A model generated the notes under the pieces. The model did not search any database. It saw nothing but the letters and a program-made list of their open reading frames with translations, and had not been told where the DNA came from. The position numbers and the translations under genes are program-made. DNA of 61,413 nt, taken from Kiritimatiellia bacterium. Its GTDB lineage: Bacteria; Verrucomicrobiota; Kiritimatiellia; RFP12; UBA1067. This document shows positions 14,935 through 24,292 of this stretch, one piece after another. The stretch lies in assembly GCA_017628025.1 (NCBI GenBank), contig JAGBZX010000025.1, forward strand, positions 1-61,413, given 5' to 3'. How positions within the stretch are numbered: position 1 is the stretch's first letter; each line of letters begins with the position of its first letter.

Positions 14935-16265
14935 TTTGAACCGCCTTTCTTTAGACGCTTTTCAACATCAACAAGTTTAGCCTTAGCTTCGCGGTAACGG
15001 TCATCTGTTTTCTCTGGTACCATCTGACAAAGAATCGTTAAGTGTTCACGAGCAAGCTCCCAATTTTGCGTATTAAGAGCCTTGTCCGCTTGGAAGCGCG
15101 TCTCCCGATAGGCTTTATCAAGCTCTATAACCGACTTATCACGAGATTGAACTAACGTATCATACCAATCAGGCTTGGGGTCGACGGTTTCTAGATAAAA
15201 GACGGCTTCAGAGTACGCTGAAACAGAAGCGGCAAGGTTACCATAATCAACTTCTCGCTCTTCATACTTTGATTGACCTAACTGGTAACTTTGCTCGGCT
15301 AATTCAAGAAGTTTTTCGCGAGAGTACTGAATCGCCCAAACTCCAAGCTCGTTTCTAGAAAATGTTTCAAGCATCTCCCTTAATTTCATAAATACAGGAG
15401 GCTCTACAACATTAACAACTTGAACAGACTTTATTTTTTCGCCGCGCACAATCCTTATTCTGCGTGATACTAGCCTATTTGATTGTTGGGGATCAATGCC
15501 CGAATATTCGTCATCGAGCTGCATAAACGCTTGGCAATCATCAAAGATTTCACGCAGCGCATCAATGGCCTTCTGCTGAAGTTTCATCTTTTTCTGAATC
15601 TGCCTATTGTTTACCGGAACATCGTGACAAACAATTGAAAGCTCACCAGAAAAGCCGTCAAAGAACATCGCGTACCTAAAGATACCTGATCTATCTGCGT
15701 CTACTTTTTCAAACTCAATAGAGTGAATGTCATCCTTTTTTTCTACTGGAATATCCGCAATCACTTTCGTATCAGCAGTATCTACTGGGATAAATGTGAC
15801 TGCACAAATAGCTATTGCGATAACTCCCCAAACTAGAAGCCAAAGCTTACGCTTATTCGGCTTATTTACTGAATTGGCCTCTTCGTTATCTTCACTTTTA
15901 TTAAGACCTAAATCTATGCCACTAAAAACATGCGAACGCTGATGCGATGGAGAAGACGGATCAATAACCTTAAACTGCTGGTCACCAACACTAATCACAT
16001 CACCAGGATTAAGCTCGTGAGAAGCATCAGGTTGTATTTGATCAGAATTTACATAAGTACCATTGGCGCTATTCAAATCTATTATTTTAAGACCTTTTTC
16101 ACCAGAAGTCTCAAAGAAACAATGCCTACGGCTTAATTGCTCGTCAGGTATCGAAAGGTCATTCATTGAACCTCGCCCAACATAAAACTGCGCACCCTCT
16201 TTTATTTCAAGAGTTTTTTCTGCGCCATCTGGGGCGATATGTTTTAGTTGTAATCTTTCAGCCAT
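14931..16265 (-). CDS. FHA-domain membrane protein (N-terminal FHA, one TM, periplasmic helical/TPR-like domain)
   Basis: FYVGRGSMNDLSIPDEQLSRRHCFFE...DLNSANGTYVN. TM helix LWLLVWGVIAIAICAVTFIPV. I moved the start to ATG 16265 (MAERLQ...), overlapping the upstream stop by 1 nt. Confidence 0.75.
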   Translation of the reverse strand: MAERLQLKHIAPDGAEKTLEIKEGAQFYVGRGSMNDLSIPDEQLSRRHCFFETSGEKGLKIIDLNSANGTYVNSDQIQPDASHELNPGDVISVGDQQFKVIDPSSPSHQRSHVFSGIDLGLNKSEDNEEANSVNKPNKRKLWLLVWGVIAIAICAVTFIPVDTADTKVIADIPVEKKDDIHSIEFEKVDADRSGIFRYAMFFDGFSGELSIVCHDVPVNNRQIQKKMKLQQKAIDALREIFDDCQAFMQLDDEYSGIDPQQSNRLVSRRIRIVRGEKIKSVQVVNVVEPPVFMKLREMLETFSRNELGVWAIQYSREKLLELAEQSYQLGQSKYEEREVDYGNLAASVSAYSEAVFYLETVDPKPDWYDTLVQSRDKSVIELDKAYRETRFQADKALNTQNWELAREHLTILCQMVPEKTDDRYREAKAKLVDVEKRLKKGGSK

Positions 16266-17068
16266 TAGAACAGAGCTCCTTTCGAGGCCTGTAACAAGAC
16301 AGGACCGAGAAGTATAATGAACACTGCAGGGAAAATACAAAGCATCAACGGTCCTAGCATCTTAGTAGGGGCAGTACTAGCAAGTTTCTCTGCCCTATCA
16401 AAGCGTTGCTGTCTAAGCTGTTCGGATTGAATACGTAAAATAGAACCGATAGAAACACCAAGTTCGTCTGCCTGAATAAGAGCAAATGCAACTGACTTTA
16501 AATCAGGCTGCCCAACTCTAGTCGACATTGCTCTAAGAGCTTCTTGGCGAGAAGAACCCATTTGAATTTCTTTTGTCATTCTAAGAAGCTCTTCATTTAG
16601 TGGGTCCATTTTTCTGCTTTTACAATTACGCTGCAATGCGCTAATAAAATCCATACCCGCTTCAACAGAAAGAGTTAGCACATCCATGACAAATGGTAAC
16701 GCCTTCATTATAGAAAGGTGTCTAGCTTTCACTGCGTCATGCAACCAAATATCTGGCAACACCCAAAAGAGCATAAATTTCAAAGCGACAAACTCTTTAG
16801 GCGAAATAAGACCTTCAAAGCCTCCTTGAATAAGTTTTTTCTCAGAACGCTCAAGTGTTTTAGAGAAAGCTTTCTTTGAGATTAACTTAAAGAAATTTGG
16901 CGCTAGCGGCAGTAAAAGTTTAAAGATAAGCGGTATCGAACGCTCTTGTTTTCTGCCATCGGCAAGAGAAACATACGTCACCTCTTTAGCTACAGTTATA
17001 ACATAAAAAGCAACAAGGGCGGCGGTGGCAGACCATGCTGCCATCATAGAAATCTCTAATATATCCAT
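16265..17068 (-). CDS. Type II secretion system F-domain protein (TadB/TadC-like), orphan
   Basis: 267 aa with TM helices at both ends. Central T2SSF-like segment LSVEAGMDFISALQ...RQEALRAMSTRVGQPDLKSVAFALIQADELGVSIGSILRIQSEQLR. Confidence 0.65.
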   Translation of the reverse strand: MDILEISMMAAWSATAALVAFYVITVAKEVTYVSLADGRKQERSIPLIFKLLLPLAPNFFKLISKKAFSKTLERSEKKLIQGGFEGLISPKEFVALKFMLFWVLPDIWLHDAVKARHLSIMKALPFVMDVLTLSVEAGMDFISALQRNCKSRKMDPLNEELLRMTKEIQMGSSRQEALRAMSTRVGQPDLKSVAFALIQADELGVSIGSILRIQSEQLRQQRFDRAEKLASTAPTKMLGPLMLCIFPAVFIILLGPVLLQASKGALF

Positions 17069-17089
17069 TTTAGCCGCCCCCTTTCCTTG

Positions 17090-19138
17090 TTAGCTAACTA
17101 TCACTCCGCCACCAGCAGGGCTTAGTGGTGTAACAACTCCGCCATTGACGCCTGGCTCACCAGCAAAAAGTATCATGCCTTCTGATACACCAACTGACAT
17201 TTTGCGAGGCGCTAAATTGGCAACGAACACAACCTCCTTGCCGATTAATTTTTCTGCCTCAGGATATGCTTGGCGAATGCCAGAGAAAATTGTGCGCTTA
17301 CCAAGAGAGCCAGCATCTATCACAAACTTAAGAAGCTTCGAACTCTTTGGCACGATCTGACAACTCTCAACTACGCCAATGCGTAAATCAATTTTATCAA
17401 AATCAGCAAATGTTATCTCGCCTTTAAGCGGCTCGGCAGTTTGCGCAGTAGTTATCGTATCTTGTTTTTGCGCATCTTTATTTTTGCTCGCTCTTGATTC
17501 GTGACTTACTTCGCCAGACTCGCCGGGCTTAGCTTTGGCTGCTTCAACCATCGCTTCGACTTGTTTTATATCAATACGGCTTGCTAAATACTCGTAAGGC
17601 CCAAGAGCACAATTTTCCTTAACCTCTGAAGCGCTTGCCCAAGACCATGAGGATTCTCCAAAAAGCTTCATCGCCTTATCGGCATACATTGGCAAAACTG
17701 GTTTCAAATAAATCGCAATTATACGAAACGCATTCAATGCCGCCGTAAGCGTTGTGCGCGTGAACTCCTCATCTGTTTTTACGCTCTTCCAAGGCTCGCG
17801 CTTATCAAAGTACTCATTGGCCGCATCGGCAAGACGACAGATTTCAACAAGCGCCTGATTGAACTTGCGTTCCTCATAGTGCTTTGCAATCGTCTCGCCA
17901 GCATCTACACATTTCTTAATTAACGCCTTGCCCTCTTCGTCGATCTGTCCAAGCATACCACCAAGCTTCTTCTGAAGCATCTGGCCACCACGTGAAGCGA
18001 TATTTGTAATCTTACCAACGAGATCAGAATTAACGCGCTGGACAAAATCCGAAAGATTAAGATCCATATCGTCTGTCGTGCCGCCAAGTTTGGCAGCATA
18101 ATAATATCTTAGTGCTTCTGGAGGAAGATTGTCTAAATACGTTCTAGCCGAAACGAACGTACCTTTAGACTTTGACATCTTTTCACCATTTACAGTTAAA
18201 AAGCCATGTACAAAAACCTTCGTCGGCCCCTTAAAGCCCGCAGCGTTTAACATACCTGGCCAGAAGAGACAGTGGAAGCGAATAATATCTTTTCCGATAA
18301 AATGATAAAGTTCTACATTTGGATCGTTCCACATTTCAATTTTACCAGCATTCTTCAAGCTAGCAATATATCCAATTGGCGCATCAACCCAAACATAGAA
18401 ATACTTATCTTTGCAGCCAGGAATTTCAAACCCGAAATATGGCGCGTCACGAGAAATACACCACGCTCTTAATGGCTCCTTAAACCACTCTAAAAGTTTA
18501 TTTGAGACATCACTTGTTGTATGCTCTGGTATCCATTTCTCAAGATAGTCGTGCTGTGGCTCAAGTTCATAATAAAGATGTTCTGAGTCCTTTACAATAG
18601 GTGATCCCAAGCACGTTGTGCATTTCGGCGAACCAAGTTCCTCTGCCGCGTATGTCGCACCGCACTTATCGCAGCTGTCTCCATACTGCTCAGGGGCGCC
18701 GCACTTTGGACAAATACCCTTGACGAATCTATCAGGAAGAAACATCTGGCATTTCTCGCAATATAACTGTGGAGTGGTTTTACGAGTAATATAACCCTTT
18801 GCTTCAGCAGCTTTGTAAAACTCTTCGCTCAGTTCTTTATTCTCAGGAGAGTTAGTTGTATAGTAATTATCAAACTTTATTTGGAAGTCAGTGAAATCTT
18901 TTAGATGCTGAGCATGACTTCTTTTAATAAGCTCTTCTGGTGTAATACCTTCTTTGCGAGCGCGAATCATTATTGGTGTGCCATGTGTGTCATCAGCACA
19001 TACATAAACACACTCATTGCCACGCATTTTCTGGAAGCGCACCCAGAAATCTGTTTGAATATATTCAACGAGGTGACCGATATGTATATCACCGTTAGCA
19101 TACGGCAACGCGCTTGTAACTATGATTTTTCTATTCAT
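17090..19138 (-). CDS. metG: Methionine--tRNA ligase (with C-terminal tRNA-binding domain)
   Basis: PYANGDIHIGHL, KMSKSKG, zinc knuckles CPKCG...CDKCG, and a C-terminal EMAP/Trbp111-like domain. Confidence 0.95.
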   Translation of the reverse strand: MNRKIIVTSALPYANGDIHIGHLVEYIQTDFWVRFQKMRGNECVYVCADDTHGTPIMIRARKEGITPEELIKRSHAQHLKDFTDFQIKFDNYYTTNSPENKELSEEFYKAAEAKGYITRKTTPQLYCEKCQMFLPDRFVKGICPKCGAPEQYGDSCDKCGATYAAEELGSPKCTTCLGSPIVKDSEHLYYELEPQHDYLEKWIPEHTTSDVSNKLLEWFKEPLRAWCISRDAPYFGFEIPGCKDKYFYVWVDAPIGYIASLKNAGKIEMWNDPNVELYHFIGKDIIRFHCLFWPGMLNAAGFKGPTKVFVHGFLTVNGEKMSKSKGTFVSARTYLDNLPPEALRYYYAAKLGGTTDDMDLNLSDFVQRVNSDLVGKITNIASRGGQMLQKKLGGMLGQIDEEGKALIKKCVDAGETIAKHYEERKFNQALVEICRLADAANEYFDKREPWKSVKTDEEFTRTTLTAALNAFRIIAIYLKPVLPMYADKAMKLFGESSWSWASASEVKENCALGPYEYLASRIDIKQVEAMVEAAKAKPGESGEVSHESRASKNKDAQKQDTITTAQTAEPLKGEITFADFDKIDLRIGVVESCQIVPKSSKLLKFVIDAGSLGKRTIFSGIRQAYPEAEKLIGKEVVFVANLAPRKMSVGVSEGMILFAGEPGVNGGVVTPLSPAGGGVIVS

Positions 19139-19146
19139 CTTGAAAT

Positions 19147-19155
19147 ATTATATCA
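19147..19155 (-). promoter_or_regulatory. Extended -10 promoter TGATATAAT, 8 nt from the metG ATG (predicted leaderless)
   Basis: Hexamer at 19147-19152. The gap ATTTCAAG is followed directly by the ATG. Confidence 0.6.
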
Positions 19156-19174
19156 TATTGTTCAATTAAAAATC

Positions 19175-20956
19175 TTACTTATCAAATCCTTTGTGGACAA
19201 GAAACTCCCAAATTCTATCAATCCAGGTGTAACTACCTGTCCCAGGCGAAGCCTTCGCCTGAAAGGAATGAGTTCTTAAAGCTAGCGTGTGAAGCTCTCC
19301 TTGAACACCCATCCTACGCATTTGCTCCCAACATTTTACAGAATTCATCGCCGTGTAGGGATCAGCGTCGCCATGTAAAAACAGCGTAGGGCAAGTATTT
19401 AAATCAAATGATAACTCAGGCGATAATCTCGTCGTATCCTCATTACCAGGACCAGAATCAACATTGCCGTCAGGCCCTACTATTGAATAAGCTGGGTATA
19501 CAGCTATCGCCCATTGAACATTGCAAGGCAATTTATCAATTTTATCAATACCTCTATAGTACGAGTTGCGCATTGAACTAGTCGCACCAAGAAGCGAGAG
19601 ATGCCCACCAGCAGAAGACCCCATAATACCAATTTTATTTGGATCTAAACCCTTTGATTCTGCTTGACTACGAACGATGCGTATAGCTCGCTGAAGGTCT
19701 TGCCACGCACTCAAATGCTTTGGCAAAGGTGGGTTCGGTCGGGGAGAGCGATACTTAAGCGTAACAACAGCCATCCCCTTCGCATTTAAGTAACGCCTAA
19801 CTGGAGCTACTTCATATCGCCCAGTTGAGTTTTTATTATAGCCGCCTCCTGAATAGATTATTTGAATTGCTTTTGTAGTTAAATTAGACGGCACATACCA
19901 CTCTATATATGGCTTTTCTTGGTGATCTTGAAAATCAGGAGTCTTCCCCTCCGGCCATATATCTTGTTTTTCTTCAATTTTACACTTCACATTAGCAATA
20001 CGAGGAGACAAGGGAACTTGGTCAGGCACTGGTCCTAAAAACGCAGTTTGTACAAGAAATTCTTCTATTCGTCCATACCAATTTGCTGCACCTGAACCCT
20101 TCTTTGCGCCAGCAAAAAAGCCGTGATTTCTATCTGGGTAAATATGAACCTCCGCCGGCACTCCCATGCGCCTTAATTGGCGATAAATTTGCGTCGTCCC
20201 ATTTGGAGAATAAATATCTACTCCACCATGGAAAAAGCTCATCGGTGGCGTTTTTGAATCAAACTTAAAGGCTGACGAAAGTTTTATATCTGGAGCATCA
20301 CCATCGCGTTTGTTAGGCCCTGTTAAGCCGTCATTAAGAACATAAGCGGGGTAAATCGGAACGGCTATATTTACATGACAAGGCAAATCATCTAGCGCAT
20401 CTAATTTTTCGTAGGCATTAGTTTGAGAACTTGTTGCTAGCATAAGGGTAAGATGCGCACCAGCAGAAAAGCCCATTACGCCAATTTTCTCTGGGTCATA
20501 CCCGCGCTTAGCTGCCTCGGAGCGAACTATTCTCACAGCCCTTTGACCATCCTGCCATGCCGTGGCAAAAATCTCTAAACCTTTTGGACGCGGTGTACGA
20601 TAGATTAGTGAAACACAAGTAACCCCGCGTTGCACAAGACGTCTAGCTAGCCAGTCAACCCAATAACCGTCACAACAATTCTGATAAGCCCCTCCTGAAA
20701 TAAGAATCATACAAGCGCGAGTATTTTCATTTTCTAACGGTGGCTCATACCATTCAAGACGCGGCATTCTTATATCACAACCCGCAGGAGGTTTTTGCCT
20801 TTCACGAACTGCAATTTGGTGCTTCTGTTTATTAGGCATAGAATCTACAGATGGCCAAATGTCAGTGTACTCTTTTATTGCGCAAGGACGAACAGCTTGA
20901 GAAAAAACACTGCCACTAATAATAGCAATTATAGAAAATAAGAAAATATTCTTCAT
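19175..20956 (-). CDS. Secreted tandem alpha/beta-hydrolase (two esterase/lipase-type domains)
   Basis: Two nucleophile elbows, GFSAGAHL and GSSAGGHL, each followed by an HG(G/D)(V/A)D block. I chose the start at ATG 20956 because of the GGGAGGAAAA SD and signal peptide. Confidence 0.75.
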   Translation of the reverse strand: MKNIFLFSIIAIISGSVFSQAVRPCAIKEYTDIWPSVDSMPNKQKHQIAVRERQKPPAGCDIRMPRLEWYEPPLENENTRACMILISGGAYQNCCDGYWVDWLARRLVQRGVTCVSLIYRTPRPKGLEIFATAWQDGQRAVRIVRSEAAKRGYDPEKIGVMGFSAGAHLTLMLATSSQTNAYEKLDALDDLPCHVNIAVPIYPAYVLNDGLTGPNKRDGDAPDIKLSSAFKFDSKTPPMSFFHGGVDIYSPNGTTQIYRQLRRMGVPAEVHIYPDRNHGFFAGAKKGSGAANWYGRIEEFLVQTAFLGPVPDQVPLSPRIANVKCKIEEKQDIWPEGKTPDFQDHQEKPYIEWYVPSNLTTKAIQIIYSGGGYNKNSTGRYEVAPVRRYLNAKGMAVVTLKYRSPRPNPPLPKHLSAWQDLQRAIRIVRSQAESKGLDPNKIGIMGSSAGGHLSLLGATSSMRNSYYRGIDKIDKLPCNVQWAIAVYPAYSIVGPDGNVDSGPGNEDTTRLSPELSFDLNTCPTLFLHGDADPYTAMNSVKCWEQMRRMGVQGELHTLALRTHSFQAKASPGTGSYTWIDRIWEFLVHKGFDK

Positions 20957-20957
20957 A

Positions 20958-21551
20958 TCATTTTCCTCCCGAAAGAGATTTACGAACAAGCGTCTCAGTA
21001 TCAGATATTGATGGATCTCGTTCGATGGCGTCTGAAACCATCTTTAGAGCGCTTTCCTCTGCAAAGCCAAGAGCGGCAAGTGCCTTAGCAGCATCACGCA
21101 TAAACTCTTTACCTTTAGCGGTCGTGCTATTAGAAGCGAAAGCCGCAAAAGCATCCACTTTATCCTTAAGTTCTATGCAAATTTTTTCAGCAGTCTTTTT
21201 GCCAACGCCGCGTATTGAAGAAATACGCTTTGCATCACCAGTAGAAACACAACGAGAAAGGTCTGCTACCGTCATACCAGAGAGAACTGAAACAGCAAGC
21301 TTCGGCCCTACGCCAGAAACTAAAACTAATTTTTCAAACATCTCTTTCTCTGGCTCAGTAGCAAAGCCATAAAGCCATTGACCGTCTTCGCGAACTATAT
21401 GAACTGTATGGAGTTTAACTATTTCTCCCGTGCGAGAAAGTTGATCATACGTCGAAAGCGGAATATAAAGCTCATAACCAACACCTGCGGCCTCAACGAC
21501 CGCCTTTGCTGGCGATTTCTGCGTCAATTCTCCTTTGATGTATGCTATCAC
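20958..21551 (-). CDS. ruvA: Holliday junction branch-migration complex subunit RuvA
   Basis: MIAYIKGEL..., HhH motifs (LVSGVGPKLA, IRGVGKKTAEKI), 197 aa, GTG start. Confidence 0.9.
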   Translation of the reverse strand: MIAYIKGELTQKSPAKAVVEAAGVGYELYIPLSTYDQLSRTGEIVKLHTVHIVREDGQWLYGFATEPEKEMFEKLVLVSGVGPKLAVSVLSGMTVADLSRCVSTGDAKRISSIRGVGKKTAEKICIELKDKVDAFAAFASNSTTAKGKEFMRDAAKALAALGFAEESALKMVSDAIERDPSISDTETLVRKSLSGGK

Positions 21552-21569
21552 TAGGCAACGACCTTTTTA

Positions 21570-24272
21570 TCAAGCAAAAAGTTTCGCTAGCTTTTCAAGC
21601 TGAGCTACTTTCTCCTTATTCTCTTCAAGCTTTCGTCTCGCCTCTGCAACAACAGCCTCTGGAGCATGTGCTACAAAGTTTTCATTTGCTAACTTCGCCT
21701 CTGAAGACTTAATAAAGCCAGCAAGTTTCTGTAGCTCTGTCGCAATTCGCTTAGACTCGGCCGCCTTGTCAACCAACCCCTCAAGGCTTAAATAAACTGT
21801 GCCAAACTTGGTCATCTTCGAAGGCATCGGCAAATCGCTGCCTGAGGAAACGAACTCGACATTCGCCGCTCTCATTGCCTTTTTAAGTGAATCTACTTCG
21901 CCTGAAGCACGGACATCGTCTGTAGCAATTGTTACATTAACAAATGTTGCTGGTGTAACTTTATATTCTGCTCTTAGCGCCCTAAGCGCTGTAATTGCCT
22001 CGCGCTTCTTTTCTACGAAATCATATATCTCTTCTGTCAATCCCCACTTTGCTTTCTCCTCTTCGCAGTAGCCTAAAGGATAAGTTTCGCGCATGATTGA
22101 CTGGCCGTCTTTTAGATAACCTAATTGATGGGCAACTTCTTCAGTTACAAACGGCATATAAGGATGTAAAAGTCTTAACGCTTTGTAGAACACATCGCGA
22201 AGAATTGCAAACGCCCTAGTCTTATTAGGAGCATCCTTAGCATACTCTACATACCAGTCACAAATCTGCGTCCAGAAGAAATCATATACAGCTAATGCAC
22301 CGTCTTGTATGCGATAGTTTTCAAGAATAGACTGAAGCTTTTTACAGGCCTTATCAGTTGCAAGAAGAATATGTTTTTCATCTGCTGTGAGTTCGCCGCT
22401 TATTTCTCCAAAACCTTCTGCAGGGGTATTCATCTCGAGGAATCGAGCAGCATTCCAAATCTTTGTTGTAAAGTTTCGGCCGATTTCAAACTTCTCTTTA
22501 TTGACCTTAGTGTCACAATCAAGCGACGTAATAAGCGCAATAGAGAAGCGAAGCGCATCTGCGCTATACATATCAATAAGCTCAAGAGGATCTAACGAAT
22601 TACCTTTTGACTTAGACATCTTTGAGCCATCGGCTGCGCGAACGATACCGTGAATAACTATATTCTTAAACGGCGGTTTACCCATGAAATGAATACCTGC
22701 CATCATCATACGGGCAACCCAGAAGAAAATAATATCCTGCGCCGTGACAAGATCACTCGTTGGATAGTAATACTCAAGGTCCTTCGTCTTCTCTGGCCAA
22801 CCTAAAGTTGAAAATGGCCAAAGCCATGAACTAAACCATGTATCAAGAACATCTGGATCTTGCTCAAGATCTGCAAGTGTCAAAGATGCGTTACCAGTTT
22901 TGGCCTTTGCTTGTTCCAGAGCCTCTTCGGCAGACTCGGCAACAAACACCAACTCCTCTTCACCCTTGACTTTCGCTTCGCCAATTCCTACGTCCTCACG
23001 AAGAGTGTATGCTGGAATTCTGTGCCCCCACCAAAGCTGACGCGAAATACACCAATCTTGAATGTTCTCCATCCAGTTGAAATAAATTTTCGACCAGCGC
23101 TCAGGAACAAACTTAACCTCACCGGACTTAACTGCTTCAATCGCTGGTTTTGCTAGAGGCTCCATCTTAACAAACCACTGCTTTGAAAGACGAGACTCAA
23201 CAACCTCATGACAACGATAGCAATGCCCGACCTGATTATCAAGATCTTCAATATGATCAAGATAACCACCTGCTTCTAAATCAGCAACTATCGCTTCGCG
23301 GCACTTAAAGCGATCCATACCGACATACTTCTGGCCGGCAAGTTCATTCATTGTGCCATCGCCATTCATTATATTAATTTCTTCTAACGCGTGGCGTTTA
23401 CCAACCAGGAAGTCGTTCGGGTCGTGAGCAGGAGTAATCTTAACAATACCTGTACCAAATTCACGATCAACATAATCGTCTGCGATAACTGGTATCTGGC
23501 GACCAGTTAAAGGAAGTATCACTTTTTTACCTAAAAGGTGTGCATAACGCTCATCCTTAGGATTAACCGCTACAGCTGTATCGCCAGGCAGAGTTTCTGG
23601 ACGAGTTGTAGCCACCATAACATAGTCTTTATATGGCTGACCATTAACACCTTTATCAGAATCAACTACAGGATAACGCACATACCAAAAATGTCCATGA
23701 TTTGGCTCATGCTCAACCTCGTCATTCGCCAAAGCCGTGCCACAACGCGGACACCAGTTTACAATATAATTGCCCTTGTAGATGAGGCCCTCATCGAAAA
23801 GCTGTTTAAACACCTTGATAACCGCTTTTGAACAACCTTCATCAAATGTAAAGCGTTCGCGAGCCCAGTCAGTAGAGTTACCAAGCATACGCTGCTGATG
23901 AACAATCGTGCCGCCATACTGCTTCTTCCATTCCCAAACGCGATCGAGAAACGCCTCGCGTCCGAGATCTTGACGGCGCTTACCTTCTTTCTTAAGAGCC
24001 TTCTCTACAACGTTCTGTGTAGCGATACCTGCGTGGTCTGTCCCAGGTAGCCAAAGCGTGTTCTTACCTTGCATACGACGCCACCTGACAAGTATATCTT
24101 GAATCGTCTGATTAAGCGCATGGCCCATATGAAGAATACCCGTCACATTCGGAGGGGGGATAACTACAGAATATTTCTCGCCAGAACCTGGTTCATCATG
24201 AAAACAACCATTGTTTTCCCAAAAAGGATACCACTTGGCTTCGGCTGCCTTTGCGTCGTAATGTTTGTCCAT
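21570..24272 (-). CDS. valS: Valine--tRNA ligase
   Basis: PPPNVTGILHMGHAL, KMSKSKGN, 900 aa, C-terminal coiled coil. Confidence 0.95.
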   Translation of the reverse strand: MDKHYDAKAAEAKWYPFWENNGCFHDEPGSGEKYSVVIPPPNVTGILHMGHALNQTIQDILVRWRRMQGKNTLWLPGTDHAGIATQNVVEKALKKEGKRRQDLGREAFLDRVWEWKKQYGGTIVHQQRMLGNSTDWARERFTFDEGCSKAVIKVFKQLFDEGLIYKGNYIVNWCPRCGTALANDEVEHEPNHGHFWYVRYPVVDSDKGVNGQPYKDYVMVATTRPETLPGDTAVAVNPKDERYAHLLGKKVILPLTGRQIPVIADDYVDREFGTGIVKITPAHDPNDFLVGKRHALEEINIMNGDGTMNELAGQKYVGMDRFKCREAIVADLEAGGYLDHIEDLDNQVGHCYRCHEVVESRLSKQWFVKMEPLAKPAIEAVKSGEVKFVPERWSKIYFNWMENIQDWCISRQLWWGHRIPAYTLREDVGIGEAKVKGEEELVFVAESAEEALEQAKAKTGNASLTLADLEQDPDVLDTWFSSWLWPFSTLGWPEKTKDLEYYYPTSDLVTAQDIIFFWVARMMMAGIHFMGKPPFKNIVIHGIVRAADGSKMSKSKGNSLDPLELIDMYSADALRFSIALITSLDCDTKVNKEKFEIGRNFTTKIWNAARFLEMNTPAEGFGEISGELTADEKHILLATDKACKKLQSILENYRIQDGALAVYDFFWTQICDWYVEYAKDAPNKTRAFAILRDVFYKALRLLHPYMPFVTEEVAHQLGYLKDGQSIMRETYPLGYCEEEKAKWGLTEEIYDFVEKKREAITALRALRAEYKVTPATFVNVTIATDDVRASGEVDSLKKAMRAANVEFVSSGSDLPMPSKMTKFGTVYLSLEGLVDKAAESKRIATELQKLAGFIKSSEAKLANENFVAHAPEAVVAEARRKLEENKEKVAQLEKLAKLFA

Positions 24273-24292
24273 ATTTATTTCTCCTACAAATT

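Noticed and set aside
16266-16340. 25-codon N-terminal extension of the FHA protein
   Set aside because: The extension lies wholly inside the upstream T2SS-F gene. ATG 16265 gives the usual overlapping stop/start junction and an FHA domain at a normal distance from the N-terminus.
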